A stretch of 62,793 bases of DNA, filler included, from Atractiella rhizophila (GCA_021432655.1; 3 parts of 3 records of this genome joined end to end with filler, not necessarily neighbours in it); one strand, 5' to 3'. Numbered from the whole stretch's first letter, positions 35,001-46,954 are shown. Notes: generated from the sequence alone by a model not told the origin. A program made the numbers and translations.

Positions 35001-37275
35001 TCCAGAACCATCCAACAACACCAGATCAACCTCCTCCAGCAGCTTCAACGCCTCCCCCTGTCACCAGGCCTTCAAGAATTTATTCTACGAGTAGAGGACG
35101 ACCTGTTGACAGATTTAGGACCCCAGAAGCGCCTGACAACAACGACGAAGGGTCAACAGACGAGCTTGGGATGTTGGTAAAGGAATGTGACATCCTCACT
35201 GATCCAGAGGCGATGGAATATGGCTATATGCTTGTCACAGAGCATGCCATGAGTGCAGCAACAGGAACAAGGTCCCTCAGTCATATTCAAGAGCGATGGC
35301 AAGCCCTAATGCGAAGGAATGGCACGAAGCAACAGTGAAGGAGATTCAATCTCACTTGGACAACAAGAGTTGGATTCTGGTCAAACCACCTAAAGGAGCA
35401 AAAATCGTTGGTTCTCGATGGGTGTTTGCAGTTAAGAAGAAGTCAGATGGTTCTATCGAGCGCTTCAAGGCCAGATTCGTCATCAAGGGGTTCTCTCAAC
35501 GCCCTGGATTCGACTACTTTGATACTTTCGCATTGACGGTCAAATGGGCGACACTTAGGACGATTCTTTCCCTCGCTTGTGTCTTGGACATGCAGTTGGA
35601 GTCAGTGGACATCTCTACGGCATTCCTTAACAGCGATATGGATGCAGAAGTCTATGCACAACAACCAGAAGGACATCCACAGGGTCCTCCAGAGTACATT
35701 CTCAAGCTAATCAAGGCCATCTATGGCACAAGGCAAGGAGGACATCAATGGCAGAAGAAACTCAATAAGGAACTCGTCGATATGGGATTTAAGAAGATCA
35801 AGAGCGACTCTAGTCTGTGGATTTACTCGAAGGGGGACATCAAAGTACTTGTCCCGGTCTTTGTGGATGATATTACGATTGCTAGCACATCCAAGGGTGC
35901 TGTGGAGAACTTCAAGAGGGAGCTAGGGAAGCGATTCAAGCTCAGAGATCTTGGACCAACGGAATTCCTACTTGGGGTTCGTATTAGGAGGGATAGGAAG
36001 TGAAGAATGATGTGGTTGGATCAAGAACAGTATGTTAAGGAGCTCCTAGAACGCCAACAGATGGACGACTGCAACCATGTCCTCACTCCTCTCAATGTTG
36101 GACATGGTCTCAGCAAGTAGGACTACCCTCAGACAAAGGAAGAACAAGAAGAAATGCGCACAATCCCTTACAGCAACGTTGTTGGCTCCATGATGTACTT
36201 GGCCATATCCATTCGTCCAGATATCGCTCATGCAGTCTCTGTCCTCGGAAAATACCTCTCTAATCCTGGAAAGAAGCACTGGGAAGCGGCCAAGCATCTT
36301 CTACGGTACCTCAAAGGCACTCAGAACTTAGGAATTGAGTATTCTGCAACTGGTTTTGACCTCAAGCAACCTTTTCACGCTTTCTGCGATGCAGATTTTG
36401 CTGGGTGCAAGGATACTGGACGTTCTACGGGAGGCTATCTCCTCAAGATAGGCAACGGAGCAGTCAGTTGGAGCAGCAAACTACAATCCCTCGTTGCTCT
36501 TTCTACTACCGAAGCAGAATATGTCTCAGGAGTCTCAGCAGGTCAAGAAGTTGTCTGGCTAAGGAATCTTCTAGAAGAGATTGGCTTCACTCCTCAAGGT
36601 CCTACACCCCTCTTCACAGACAGCAGCAGCGCTCTCCAGGTATCCAAGAACCCTGAGCACCATGGTCGAATGAAACACCTGGACCTTCGCTTTTATTGGC
36701 TCAGAACAATCCCTCGTTGCTCTTTCTACTACCGAAGCAGAATATGTCTCAGGAGTCTCAGCAGGTCAAGAAGTTGTCTGGCTAAGGAATCTTCTAGAAG
36801 AGATTGGCTTCGCTCCTCAAGGTCCTACAGCTCTCTTCACAGACAGCAGCAGCGCTCTCCAGGTATCCAAGAACCCTGAGCACCATGGTCGAATGAAACA
36901 CCTGGACCTTCGCTTTTATTGGCTCAGAGATGTTGTTGAGATGGGCAAGATCAGTCCAGTCTTCTGTCCGGGTGTCGATATGCCAGCAGACCTCCTCACC
37001 AAGGCACTTCCAGTAGCTAGCATGGATAAGTTTCGACTTATGATGGGTCTGCGCCCCTATCCAAGTGTATGATGCAGTTATGGGGCGCAATAAAAATCCT
37101 TTCCTCCTCTGTGGGGTTATAAGACGCCGCTTTAAGCGGTACAAGGACTTTTCCCCTTCTTTTCATTGCAAAACTAATATGCTTTTTGCATTATGTTGGG
37201 TATACATTGTACTAATTTGGTGGGAGATTCTCTGGATGCGGTGGGAGCGTCAAGAGACAGCTGCCCAGGTGGGAG
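35001..37275 (+). pseudogene. copia (family B) RT-RNase H segment plus 3' UTR/PPT, inactivated
   Basis: KARFVIKGFSQRPG, VDISTAFL, VFVDD, CDADFAGC, ALSTTEAEY, KHLDLRF; frameshift ~35270, stops at 36001 and 36118, internal 223-bp duplication; terminal stop 37070-37072; CAGGTGGGAG abuts LTR B2. Confidence 0.92.
36483..36928 (+). repeat. 223-bp tandem duplication inside RNase H
   Basis: acaatccctcgttgctc...ttttattggctcaga at 36483-36705 and 36706-36928, near-identical. Confidence 0.93.
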
Positions 37276-37469
37276 TGTTAGTTGTAGTGTGTTGTTTTGG
37301 TCATCTGCCTCTTATAACTCATATGAGTCATCACTATGTAGTTTAGTTCTGCCTAGGAGTGTTGGTGCTCATTATTGACCACCAACTAGTCCTAGGTATG
37401 TCTCTCTATACTTCTCTAATGTGCTCATTATTGACCACCACCAACTACTCCTAGCCTTAGATCCTTACA
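37276..37469 (+). repeat. copia LTR family B, copy B2 (3' LTR)
   Basis: Preceded by the PPT; TG...TTACA; right flank CTTCT. Confidence 0.92.
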
Positions 37470-39112
37470 CTTCTGAGTCCAGAATCATTCCCTTCACAAG
37501 TCCTCTCTTCAGCATTCGCTTTATATCTTCAAGATTCAAGTGGGCAAGTCTTCTATGCCACAGGGAAGCGTTCAGGGGGGTGGTGGAGACATATGCAACG
37601 AATTCTGAGGTAATGAGTGTTCTTCCATCAATGATGGCACTCATGCTTCCTCTCCTGTGATCAACTGTCGCTGTAAAACAGAGATTTCCGTCCTTGAGGA
37701 AGCGTACTTTGTTCCCAGTGATGGTAACAGTCATGTTCTTGAATATAGTGAGCTTGAAAACGGATAGGAGATTGCTGCAGAGCTTGGGGACATGAAGGAC
37801 ATTGTGAATGGTGACCTGCTTCGACTTTTTACCCTCCAATTTCGCTTCAATCACCACATCTCCAATCCTAGCGGACCAGACCACCTCTCCATTCGCAACT
37901 CTGATGGCGTGTTTTCGATAGGATTTGAAGAAGTGGGGGTGTGGAGTCATCGATGAAGTTGCTCCTGTATCGATTAGCCAGTCAGTCCCAGCTCTCTGGC
38001 GACTAATGGCATCGTCTACCGTTGCATAGCTGGTCTCCCCAGCAAATTCTCCCCTTCTCCTTCGATTCTGGCTTCCCTAACATCTTCCAACTTCCCAAAC
38101 TTCGCTTTATAACGTTCCAACTCGCTTTTGAAGCCTTCTGAAGATGTTCCAGGGCAGTTGGAAGCGATATGAACCTTCTTGTGGCAGTTGAAGCACTCCA
38201 CAGGTGACCAATCCCTTCTCCCAGATCCCCCACCATTCCTTACACCTCTCCCACGTCCTACAGGACGGCCCCTGTCGCTGCTGGACGCCTGATTCGCCAT
38301 TGTGTTTGAGATGGCTTCCTCTGAGTTCCTGGTGGCCTGGATCGAGAAGAAAGCTTGTTGAATCGATTTGAGATCAGTTGAGGTCATCAGGGTGATGTTT
38401 TGGACAAAACTGGCGTATTCTGGGCCCAGAGAGCGAATGAGAGCGAAGGATTGAAGATCCTCCTTCAAATTATCGAGGGAATAGTCCTTGGACAGGGTAT
38501 TGGTGAAGTCCAGAAGGAGCTGGTCGCTTCTGGCACAGAGGGTGACCAGGGATTGATCCTCTTTCTTCTGGACAGCAAGCAGGGCGCTTAGGGACGAAAA
38601 ACGCGTGGAAGACCTCTTCTGCTGATGGATTTCTTGAAGGGTGGACCAGATCTTGACTGGATCTTGAATGACAGACACCACATGAGCCTTCTGGGTGGAT
38701 TCCAGGCTGAGGAACAGCATTCCTGCCGCTTTAGAGCGCTCCTTTCCCCATTGCTTTCCCTCCTTCAAATTAGCAGGCTTCTTCTCCTCTCCACACACGA
38801 TCTCCCATAGCCCCTTTCCCATTAATTCAGCTTGCATATCGATGCACCAGGTGCCATAGTTCTTCTCTCCAAGGGGGGTGATCAAAATTTTACTTTCTTC
38901 AGACATGGCGATAAAATTCGAGTTTGGATCGTCTGATCTTCGTCGAAATGGGGGGATAGGGCCTTAGGAGGGTCTCGATTATGATCCCAGAGTCTTGAAT
39001 CGATTGGACAAAGGATGGCTGAGTGGTCAAAATTTTCAACCAAGTGGGTGGCAAAATGGAAAATTGCAATTCCAACTGATCTGTCAATCCCTAGCCACTG
39101 CTCTCGCTACCA
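37470..39112 (-). pseudogene. copia family A 5' half (PBS, leader, gag, protease, GAG-pre-integrase), frameshifted and truncated by LTR B2
   Basis: PBS TGGTAGCGAGAG (39101-39112), ATG 38906, zinc knuckle CFNCHKKVHIASNC, WLIDTGATSSM, LWHRRLAH; frameshift ~38040. Confidence 0.92.
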
Positions 39113-39332
39113 TGAGAGAAATAGACGCTGGATGGAGCTAGGGGACAGGAGTTGGTGGTCAAAGATGATGGGATTGATGAGGAAACACATACCTAGGGGA
39201 CAGGAGTTGGTGGTCAAAGATGATGACCACCAATACTGCCCTCTAGGGAGAAAAACTACGAAGTGAGCAAACACAGCAAAGGTGGCTGACCACACAAAGA
39301 CAACACCATGAAATTTAACAGTTAATCCAACA
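39113..39332 (-). repeat. copia LTR family A, copy A3 (5' LTR, 220 bp)
   Basis: Reverse complement of A2-like sequence, adjacent to the PBS. Confidence 0.92.
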
Positions 39333-39971
39333 CAGAACAATCCTTTCACTCACCTGCGTCCTGGATATGGAGTTAGAGTCTGTGGACATCTCCACAGCGT
39401 TCCTAAATGGCGAAATGGATGCAGAAGTCTATGGCCAGCAGCCTGAAGGTCGTCCCCAAGGTCCCCCAGAATATGCTCTCAAACTCCTCAAAGCAATCTA
39501 CGGCACCAGGCAAGGAGGACGTCAGTGGCAGAAGAAATTTGACAAGGAAATCACGTCCTTGGACTTTATCAAGATCAAGAGTGATTCCAGTGTTTTTGGA
39601 TTTATTCAAATAGAGTGGTAAAGGTGATTGTCCCTGTCTGGGTGGATGATATAACGATTGCCAGCACGTCCAAAAGCGCTATCCAAGAGTTCAAGACGGA
39701 GCTGTTGAAGAGATTCAAGCTTAGAGACTTGGGACCAACGGAGTTCCAGCTAGGAGTTCGTATTAGGCGTGATAGGGAGAAGAGGAAGATGTGGTTGGAC
39801 CAAGAACAATACGTTAAGGACCTTCTCTCTCGACAGAAGATGGATAACTGCAAGCCTGTGCTCACCCCCCTCAGTGTAGGCCACAGTTTATCGAAGCAGG
39901 ACTGCCCACAGACCAAGGAAGACGCAGAAGAGATGCGCTCCATCCCTTACAGTCATGTTGTCGGCTCTCTC
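39333..39971 (+). pseudogene. copia RT fragment between two LTRs
   Basis: RTILSL..VLDMELESVDISTAFLNG, VWVDD, ...PYSHVVGSL; frameshift ~39600. Confidence 0.9.
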
Positions 39972-40192
39972 TGAGAGAATCTGATGCTGGATGGAGCTAG
40001 GGGACAGAGATTGGTGGTCAAAGATGATGACATTGATAGGGAGACACATACCTAGGCGACAGAGATTGGTGGTCAAAGATGATGACCGCCTAAACTGCCC
40101 CCTAGGGAGCTAAAACTCCGAAATGAAGCAAACACAACAAAGGTGGCTGACCACACAACACAAGACCACAAAATATAACACCTAATCCAACA
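39972..40192 (-). repeat. copia LTR family A, copy A4 (3' LTR)
   Basis: Followed on the + strand by CTCCCACCTG (PPT reverse complement). Confidence 0.92.
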
Positions 40193-41060
40193 CTCCCACC
40201 TGGACAGCCACCTCTTGAAGCTCCCACCAAATCCAAGAACCATCCAAGATAGCCACCGAACAAAGCTCCCACCGAATAAAGACAGCATGAAATAGCATGG
40301 CAAAAGGAAACATATTAGTTGACTGTCTAAAACCAGTAGAGAGATCCTCGTACCGCTTAAAGCGGCGTCTTATAATCCCCAGAAGGAGGACAGAGTTTTA
40401 TTGCGCCCCATAACTGCCTCATACACTTGGGTAGGGGCGCAGACCCATCATTTCTCGAAATTTTGCAACTCCAGCAACCGGTAAGGCCTTGGTGAGGAGG
40501 TCTGCAGGCATAGACTCGCCAGGGCAGAACACTGGGGTGATGAGTCCAGATTCTACTGTGTCCCTGAGCCAGTAGAAGCGAAGATCCAAGTGCTTCATGC
40601 GTCCATGGTGCTCAGGATTCTTGCTGACTTGCAAAGCGCTGTTGCTGTCCGTGAAAAGTGTTGTCGAACCTTTTGGAGCAAAGCCAATCTCTTGCAGAAG
40701 ACTTCTGAGCCAAACCACCTCTTGCCCTGCTGATACCCCTGAGATGTACTCCGCCTCCGTGGTTGAGAGTGCCACAAGAGACTGCAACTTGCTACTCCAA
40801 CTAACTGCTCCTCCTCCAACGGTTAAGAGGTATCCTCCAGTAGACCGGCCAGTATCCTTGCAACCCGCAAAGTCTGCATCACAATATGCCTTGAATGGTT
40901 GAGAGATATCGAAATCTGAGGCAGAGTACTCGATGCACATGTCCTGAGTGCCCTTGAGATAGCGCATGAGGTGTTTGGCAGCTTCCCAGTGCCTCTTGCC
41001 AGGATTGGACAGGAATTTTCCGAGGACAGAGACAGTGTGGGCAATGTCAGGGCGTGTGGC
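40193..41060 (-). pseudogene. copia family A RNase H and 3' UTR fragment
   Basis: ATRPDIAHTVSVLG...YCDADFAGC...ALSTTEAEY...ADLLTKAL...RPYPSV* (stop at 40419). Confidence 0.92.
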
Positions 41061-41225
41061 TGTTGGATTAGGTGTTATATTTCATGGTCTTGTGTTGTGT
41101 GGTCAGCCACCTTGGTTTGTTTGCTTCACTTCGGAGTTTTAGCCCCCTAGGGGGCAGTTTAGGCGGTCATCATCTTTGACCACCAATCCCTGTCCCCTAG
41201 CTCCATCCAGCATCAGATTCTCTCA
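41061..41225 (+). repeat. copia LTR family A, copy A5 (5' LTR, short 165-bp form)
   Basis: TGTTGGATTAGG...ATTCTCTCA then PBS TGGTAGCGAGAG (41226-41237); lacks the 55-nt GTATGT...AG segment. Confidence 0.93.
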
Positions 41226-41237
41226 TGGTAGCGAGAG
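41226..41237 (+). promoter_or_regulatory. Primer-binding site, probably initiator tRNA-Met
   Basis: TGGTAGCGAGAG, also at 39101-39112 and 47146-47157; TGGTAGCG matches the Ty1 tRNAi-Met PBS start. tRNA identity is inferred. Confidence 0.7.
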
Positions 41238-41412
41238 AGGTGACTAGGGATTGACAGATCAGTTTTGCCACCCACTTGGTTGAAAATTTTGATCACTCAG
41301 CCATCTGTTGTCCAATCGGTTTGAAACTTTGGGATCATAAACGAGACCCCCTTACGCCTATATCCACCCATTTCTACGAAGATCAGACGATCCAAACTCG
41401 AATTTTATCACC

Positions 41413-44400
41413 ATGGCTGAAGAAAGTAAAATTTTGATTACCCCCCTTGGAGAGAAGAACTATGGCATCTGGTGCATTGATATGCAGGCGGAATTGATGC
41501 GAAAGGGGTTATGGGAGATAGTCTCTGGAGTGGAGACAAAACCAGAAGATTTGAAGGAGCAAAAACAGTGGCAAAAGGACAGCTCCAAAGCGGCTGGCAT
41601 CCTGTTCCTTAGCCTAGAAGCGACCCAGAAAGCCCATGTGGTCTCTGTCCTTCAAGATCCAGTCAAGATCTGGTCTACCCTTCAAGAAATCCACCAACAG
41701 AAGCGCTCCTCAACTCGTTTCACTGCCCTCAACACCCTCCTTGCCCTCCAGAAGAAGGAAAGCGAATCTCTGATTACCCTGTGTGCCAGAAGCGACCAGC
41801 TGCTTCTAGACTTCACCAACACGCTCTCCAAGGACTATTCCCTCGATGATTTGAAGGAAGATCTCCAATCCTTCGCCCTCATTCGCTCCTTAGGCCCAGA
41901 ATACGCTAGTTTCGTCCAGAACTTAACCCTGATGACATCCACCGACCTCCAATCGATCAAACAAGCATTCTACTCGATCCAAGCCACCAAGAACTCGGAG
42001 GAAGCCATCTCCAACACTCAAATGGCAAATCAGGCATCCAGCAGCAACAAAGGACGAGGAGGATGGCGTCCCAGAGGTGGTAGGGGCGGAGGAAGAGGTG
42101 GAACTCGCATTTTTTCGCAACCTGAGTGCAACTACTGCCACAGGAAGGGCCACTACGTCTCCCATTGTCCAGAAACCCCCATTGGACGCAATAGGATCGA
42201 ACTAGACAAGTACAGGACGAAGTATGGGAAGCTGGAAGAGGCAAAGGAAGCCAAAGTCGAAGGGGGAAAGCCAGAATTCGCTGGAGAGACCAGTTATGCA
42301 GCGGTAGATGATACCATTAGTCGCCAGAAAGCTGGGACTGACTGGATTATCGATACAGGAGCAACTTCATCAATGACTCCACATTCCCACTTCTTCAAAT
42401 CCTATCAAAAACACGTTGTACCCATCAGAGTTGCGAATGGAGAAGTGATCTGGTCTACTGGGATAGGAGAAGTGGTGATTGAGGCGAAATTGGAGGATAA
42501 AAAGTCGAAGAAGGTCACCATTCAGAATGTCCTACACGTCCCCAAATTGTGCAGCAATCTCCTATCTGTTTTCAAGCTCACAATCTTCGAAGGTGTAACT
42601 GTGACCATCATTGGGAGCAGAGTACGCTTCCTCAAGGCTGGAAATCTCTGCTTCTTAGCGACCATTGACCACAGGAGAGGAAACATGAGTGCCATCATCG
42701 ATGGAAGAACACTCATGACCTCAGAATTCGTTGCACACGCCTCCACTACCCCTCTAAACGCTTCCCTGTGGCACAGGAGACTTGCCCACTTGAATCATGA
42801 AGACGTAAAGCGAATGCTGAAGAAAGGACTCGTGAAAGGAATGATTCTGGACTCAGAGGACGCTCCTGACCCCATCTGTGAGCCCTGCATCGCTGGGAAG
42901 CAGCATAGGATATACAACAAGGCTGCAGAGAATAGGGAGACGGAAATTTTAGGGAGGATCAGCTCAGATCTTCATGGACCGCTCCCAGTTGCTTCAAGAG
43001 AAGGATTTCGCTATTGGGTGACGTTTATAGACGAGGCAACAAGTCACTGGACGATTGCTTTTCTCAGGAAGAAGTCAGAAGCACCTCAACGCTTTAAGGA
43101 GTACAAAGCTATGATGGAGACGTTGACTGGAAGGAAAATCAAGAGATTCAGGGAAGACAAAGAAGGCACCTACTCCTCAACAGAATTCGATGAATATCTT
43201 CGAAATTGTGGCATCCAGCATGAGCAAACGATTAGGAACTCTCCTCATCAAAATGGGAGAGCAGAGAGAGCGAATAGGACGATTCAGGAGGGGATGGTGG
43301 TGATACTGGAGGAATCTGGTTTGCCACTATTCCTCTGGCCTCATCTTGCTTCGGCTGTGGTTCACATCAGGAACAGATCCCCCTCTTCCTCCATCAATCA
43401 CTCCATTCCCCACACGAAATTGACAGGGCAACTGGTCGATATTTCCGGTTTCAGAGTCCTAGGCTCTACTGCCTATGTCCAAGTTCAGAAGGACGAAAGA
43501 AGGCACAATCTGGCATCCCATACACCCAGATGTGCCTTTATAGGTTACTCTACCAGCGCTAAAGGCTGGGATTTCTGGGATCCAGTGTCTAAGAAGGTCT
43601 ACACTCGAGATATTGCGAAATTTGATGAGAGGGAGATGCTTTGCAAAGTCAGGAGGAAGGAGAACGCGTTGGAACCGCCTCAGGGACCACTGGATGAGTG
43701 GAAAGAACGTCAGGATCAGGTGGGAGAAGGAAAGAGACATGCTCCTGCCGTCCTTTTGGATTTTGGTGAAGATGAAGAGGAGGAGGATGCTTTGGAAGAT
43801 CAGGGAGAGCGGGAGAGACTCAGGGTGGAGTCCCCAAATCGTTTTGAAGGATTAAGGGACGAAGGAGAAAATCAGGAAGCGGAGCAAGAGAGGGAAGCAG
43901 CCCCAGAGCGGCCAGTAACACCCCCACTACGTCTTGTTCCTCAGAGAGACCCTTGGACTGGACTAATGATGGTGGGAAGACAGACAAAATCGCCTGATCC
44001 TCTCCAAATGACGCCTCCTCAAGCTATCCCTGCCTCTGCAGCTCCTCCACCAATCGAAAGACGCTATCCTGAACGGCAGAGGAGACCACCAGTCGAGTTC
44101 TGGAAGGCACCCAAGCTGCCCCAACCACAGGAGGAGAGCTCTGAAGAAGAGTTGGCAATGCTAGCTAAGGATTGTTGGATTATTACAGAGCCTGAAGCGT
44201 TGGAGTGTGGTTTTATGGAGGTTACTGAGCATGCCATGGCTGTAGGAACACAGGAACACGGCCCCAAGACATATGCAGAAGCCATGAAGACTCCAGAGGC
44301 GAAACACTGGCATGAGGCGACGGTGAAGGAGGTTCAAGCGCACTTGGACAACAAGAGTTGGGTGCTGGTAAAACCACCAAAGGGAGCAAAAGTCATTGGA

Positions 44401-44607
44401 TCCAGATGGGTGTTTGCTATCAAGAAGAAGTCTGATGGCTCAATTGAGCGTTATAAGGCTAGATTCGTCATCAAGGGCTTCTCCCAGCGTCCTGGATTCG
44501 ACTTCTTCGACACCTTTGCATCCACAGTCAAATGGGCCACTCTCAGAACCATTCTTTCGCTAGCCTGTGTCCTGGACATGGAACTGGAATCAGTTGAGAG
44601 AATCTGA
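41413..44607 (+). CDS. Ty1/copia gag-pol polyprotein, open through gag-PR-IN and truncated in RT by LTR A6
   Basis: 1064 aa: CNYCHRKGHYVSHC, WIIDTGATSSM, WHRRLAH/CEPC, integrase SDLHGP...REDKEG...QNGRAERANRT, RT KARFVIKGFSQ; copia domain order; element sequence stops at 44594. Confidence 0.96.
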   Translation: MAEESKILITPLGEKNYGIWCIDMQAELMRKGLWEIVSGVETKPEDLKEQKQWQKDSSKAAGILFLSLEATQKAHVVSVLQDPVKIWSTLQEIHQQKRSSTRFTALNTLLALQKKESESLITLCARSDQLLLDFTNTLSKDYSLDDLKEDLQSFALIRSLGPEYASFVQNLTLMTSTDLQSIKQAFYSIQATKNSEEAISNTQMANQASSSNKGRGGWRPRGGRGGGRGGTRIFSQPECNYCHRKGHYVSHCPETPIGRNRIELDKYRTKYGKLEEAKEAKVEGGKPEFAGETSYAAVDDTISRQKAGTDWIIDTGATSSMTPHSHFFKSYQKHVVPIRVANGEVIWSTGIGEVVIEAKLEDKKSKKVTIQNVLHVPKLCSNLLSVFKLTIFEGVTVTIIGSRVRFLKAGNLCFLATIDHRRGNMSAIIDGRTLMTSEFVAHASTTPLNASLWHRRLAHLNHEDVKRMLKKGLVKGMILDSEDAPDPICEPCIAGKQHRIYNKAAENRETEILGRISSDLHGPLPVASREGFRYWVTFIDEATSHWTIAFLRKKSEAPQRFKEYKAMMETLTGRKIKRFREDKEGTYSSTEFDEYLRNCGIQHEQTIRNSPHQNGRAERANRTIQEGMVVILEESGLPLFLWPHLASAVVHIRNRSPSSSINHSIPHTKLTGQLVDISGFRVLGSTAYVQVQKDERRHNLASHTPRCAFIGYSTSAKGWDFWDPVSKKVYTRDIAKFDEREMLCKVRRKENALEPPQGPLDEWKERQDQVGEGKRHAPAVLLDFGEDEEEEDALEDQGERERLRVESPNRFEGLRDEGENQEAEQEREAAPERPVTPPLRLVPQRDPWTGLMMVGRQTKSPDPLQMTPPQAIPASAAPPPIERRYPERQRRPPVEFWKAPKLPQPQEESSEEELAMLAKDCWIITEPEALECGFMEVTEHAMAVGTQEHGPKTYAEAMKTPEAKHWHEATVKEVQAHLDNKSWVLVKPPKGAKVIGSRWVFAIKKKSDGSIERYKARFVIKGFSQRPGFDFFDTFASTVKWATLRTILSLACVLDMELESVERI

Positions 44608-44806
44608 TGCTGGCTAGGGGACAGAGATTGGTGGTCAAAGATGATGACATTGATAGGAAACACATACCTAGGGGACAGAGATTGGTGGTCAAAGATGATG
44701 ACCGCCTAAACTGCCCCCTAGGGGGGCTAAAACTCCGAAGTGAAGCAAACAAAACAGAGGTGGCTGACCACACAAACATAACAGAAATATAACACCTAAT
44801 CCAACA
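44595..44806 (-). repeat. copia LTR family A, copy A6 (3' LTR)
   Basis: TGAGAGAATC...AATCCAACA followed by the PPT reverse complement. Confidence 0.92.
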
Positions 44807-46954
44807 CTCCCACCTGGGCAGCCGCCTCTTGAAGCTCCCACCAAATCCGAGAACCATCCAGAATAACCATCCAATGAAGCTCCCACCGAATGAAGGCATC
44901 ATGAAGTGACATCACACAAAGAAAACATATTAGTTAAATGTCTAAAACCAGTAGAGAGATCCTCGTACCGCTTAAAGCGGCGTCTTATAACCCCCAGAAG
45001 GAGGACAGAGTTTTATTGCGCCCCATAACTGCCTCATACACTTGGGTAGGGGCGCAGACCCATCATTTCTCGGAATTTTGTAACACCAGCAACCGGTAAG
45101 GCCTTGGTGAGGAGGTCTGCAGGCATAGACTCGCCAGGGCAGAAGGCTGGGGTGATGAGTCCAGATTCTACTGTGTCCCTGAGCCAGTAGAAGCGAAGAT
45201 CCAAGTGCTTCATGCGTCCATGGTGCTCAGGATTCTTGCTGACTTGCAAAGCGCTGTTGCTGTCCGTGAAAAGTGTTGTCGAACCTTTTGGAGCGAAGCC
45301 AATCTCTTGCAGAAGACTTCTGAGCCAAACCACCTCTTGCCCTGCTGATACCCCTGAGATGTACTCCGCCTCCGTGCCACCAGAGACTGCAACTTCCTCC
45401 GACAGTTAAGAGGTATCCTCCAGTGGACCGGCCAGTATCCTTGCAACCCGCAAAGTCTGCATCACAATATGCCTTGAATGGTTGAGAGATATCAAAATCT
45501 GAGGCAGAGTACTCGATGCACATGTCCTGAGTGCCCTTGAGATAGCGCATGAGGTGTTTGGCAGCTTCCCAGTGCCTCTTGCCAGGATTGGACAAGAATT
45601 TTCCGAGGACAGAGACAGTGTGGGCGATGTCAGGGCGTGTAGCAACTGCAAGGTACATGAGAGAGCCGACGACATGACTGTAGGGAATGGTTCGCATCTC
45701 TTCTTCATCTTCCTTGGTCTGAGGACAGTCTTGCTTCGATAAACTGTGGCCTACACTGAGAGGAGTGAGTACAGGCTTGCAGTTATCCATCTTGTGTCGA
45801 GAGAGAAGGTCCTTAACGTATTGCTCCTGATCCAACCACATCTTCTTCTGCTTCCTATCACGCCTAATCCTCACTCCAAGCAAAAATTCCGTGGCTCCAA
45901 GGTCCCTCAGCTTGAATCTCTTTCCTAACTCCTTCTTGAACTCGTCCACAGCGCTTCTGGACGTGCTAGCAATCGTTATATCGTCCACAAAGACAGGGAC
46001 GATCACCTTGACTTCACCATTCGAGTAGATCCAGAGACTGCTGTCACACTTGACCTTGGTGAAGCCCATGGACACGAGCTCCCTGTCCAGTTTCTTCCGC
46101 CATTGACGTCCTCCTTGCCTGGTGCCATAGATTGCTTTGAGGAGTTTGAGAGCGTATTCTGGAGGACCTTGAGGGTGACCTTCTGGCTGCTTGGCATAGA
46201 CTTCAGCGTCCATTTCTCCGTTCAAAAACGCAGTTGAGATGTCCACTGATTCCAGTTCCATGTCCAGGACACAGGCTAGCGAAAGAATGGTTCTGAGAGT
46301 GGCCCATTTGACTGTGGATGCAAAGGTGTCGAAGAAGTCGAATCCAGGACGCTGGGAGAAGCCCTTGATGACGAATCTAGCCTTATAACGCTCAATTGAG
46401 CCATCAGACTTCTTCTTGATAGCAAACACCCATCTGGATCCAATGACTTTTGCTCCCTTTGGTGGTTTTACCAGCACCCAACTCTTGTTGTCCAAGTGCG
46501 CTTGAACCTCCTTCACCGTCGCCTCATGCCAGTGTTTCGCCTCTGGAGTCTTCATGGCTTCTGCATATGTCTTGGGGCCGTGTTCCTGTGTTCCTACAGC
46601 CATGGCATGCTCAGTAACCTCCATAAAACCACACTCCAACGCTTCAGGCTCTGTAATAATCCAACAATCCTTAGCTAGCATTGCCAACTCTTCTTCAGAG
46701 CTCTCCTCCTGTGGTTGGGGCAGCTTGGGTGCCTTCCAGAACTCGACTGGTGGTCTCCTCTGCCGTTCAGGATAGCGTCTTTCGATTGGTGGAGGAGCTG
46801 CAGAGGCAGGGATAGCTTGAGGAGGCGTCATTTGGAGAGGATCAGGCGATTTTGTGTGTCTTCCCACCATCATTAGTCCAGTCCAAGGGTCTCTCTGAGG
46901 AACAAGAGGTAGCGGGGTTGTTACTGGCTGCTCTGGGGCTGCCTGTGGCCTGTC
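44807..46954 (-). pseudogene. copia family A RT-RNase H and 3' UTR, with two small deletions in RNase H
   Basis: 548-aa frame with a full RT (VFVDD); ~10- and ~22-bp deletions at ~45375-45395 relative to the 40760-40815 copy; stop at 45034. Confidence 0.93.
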
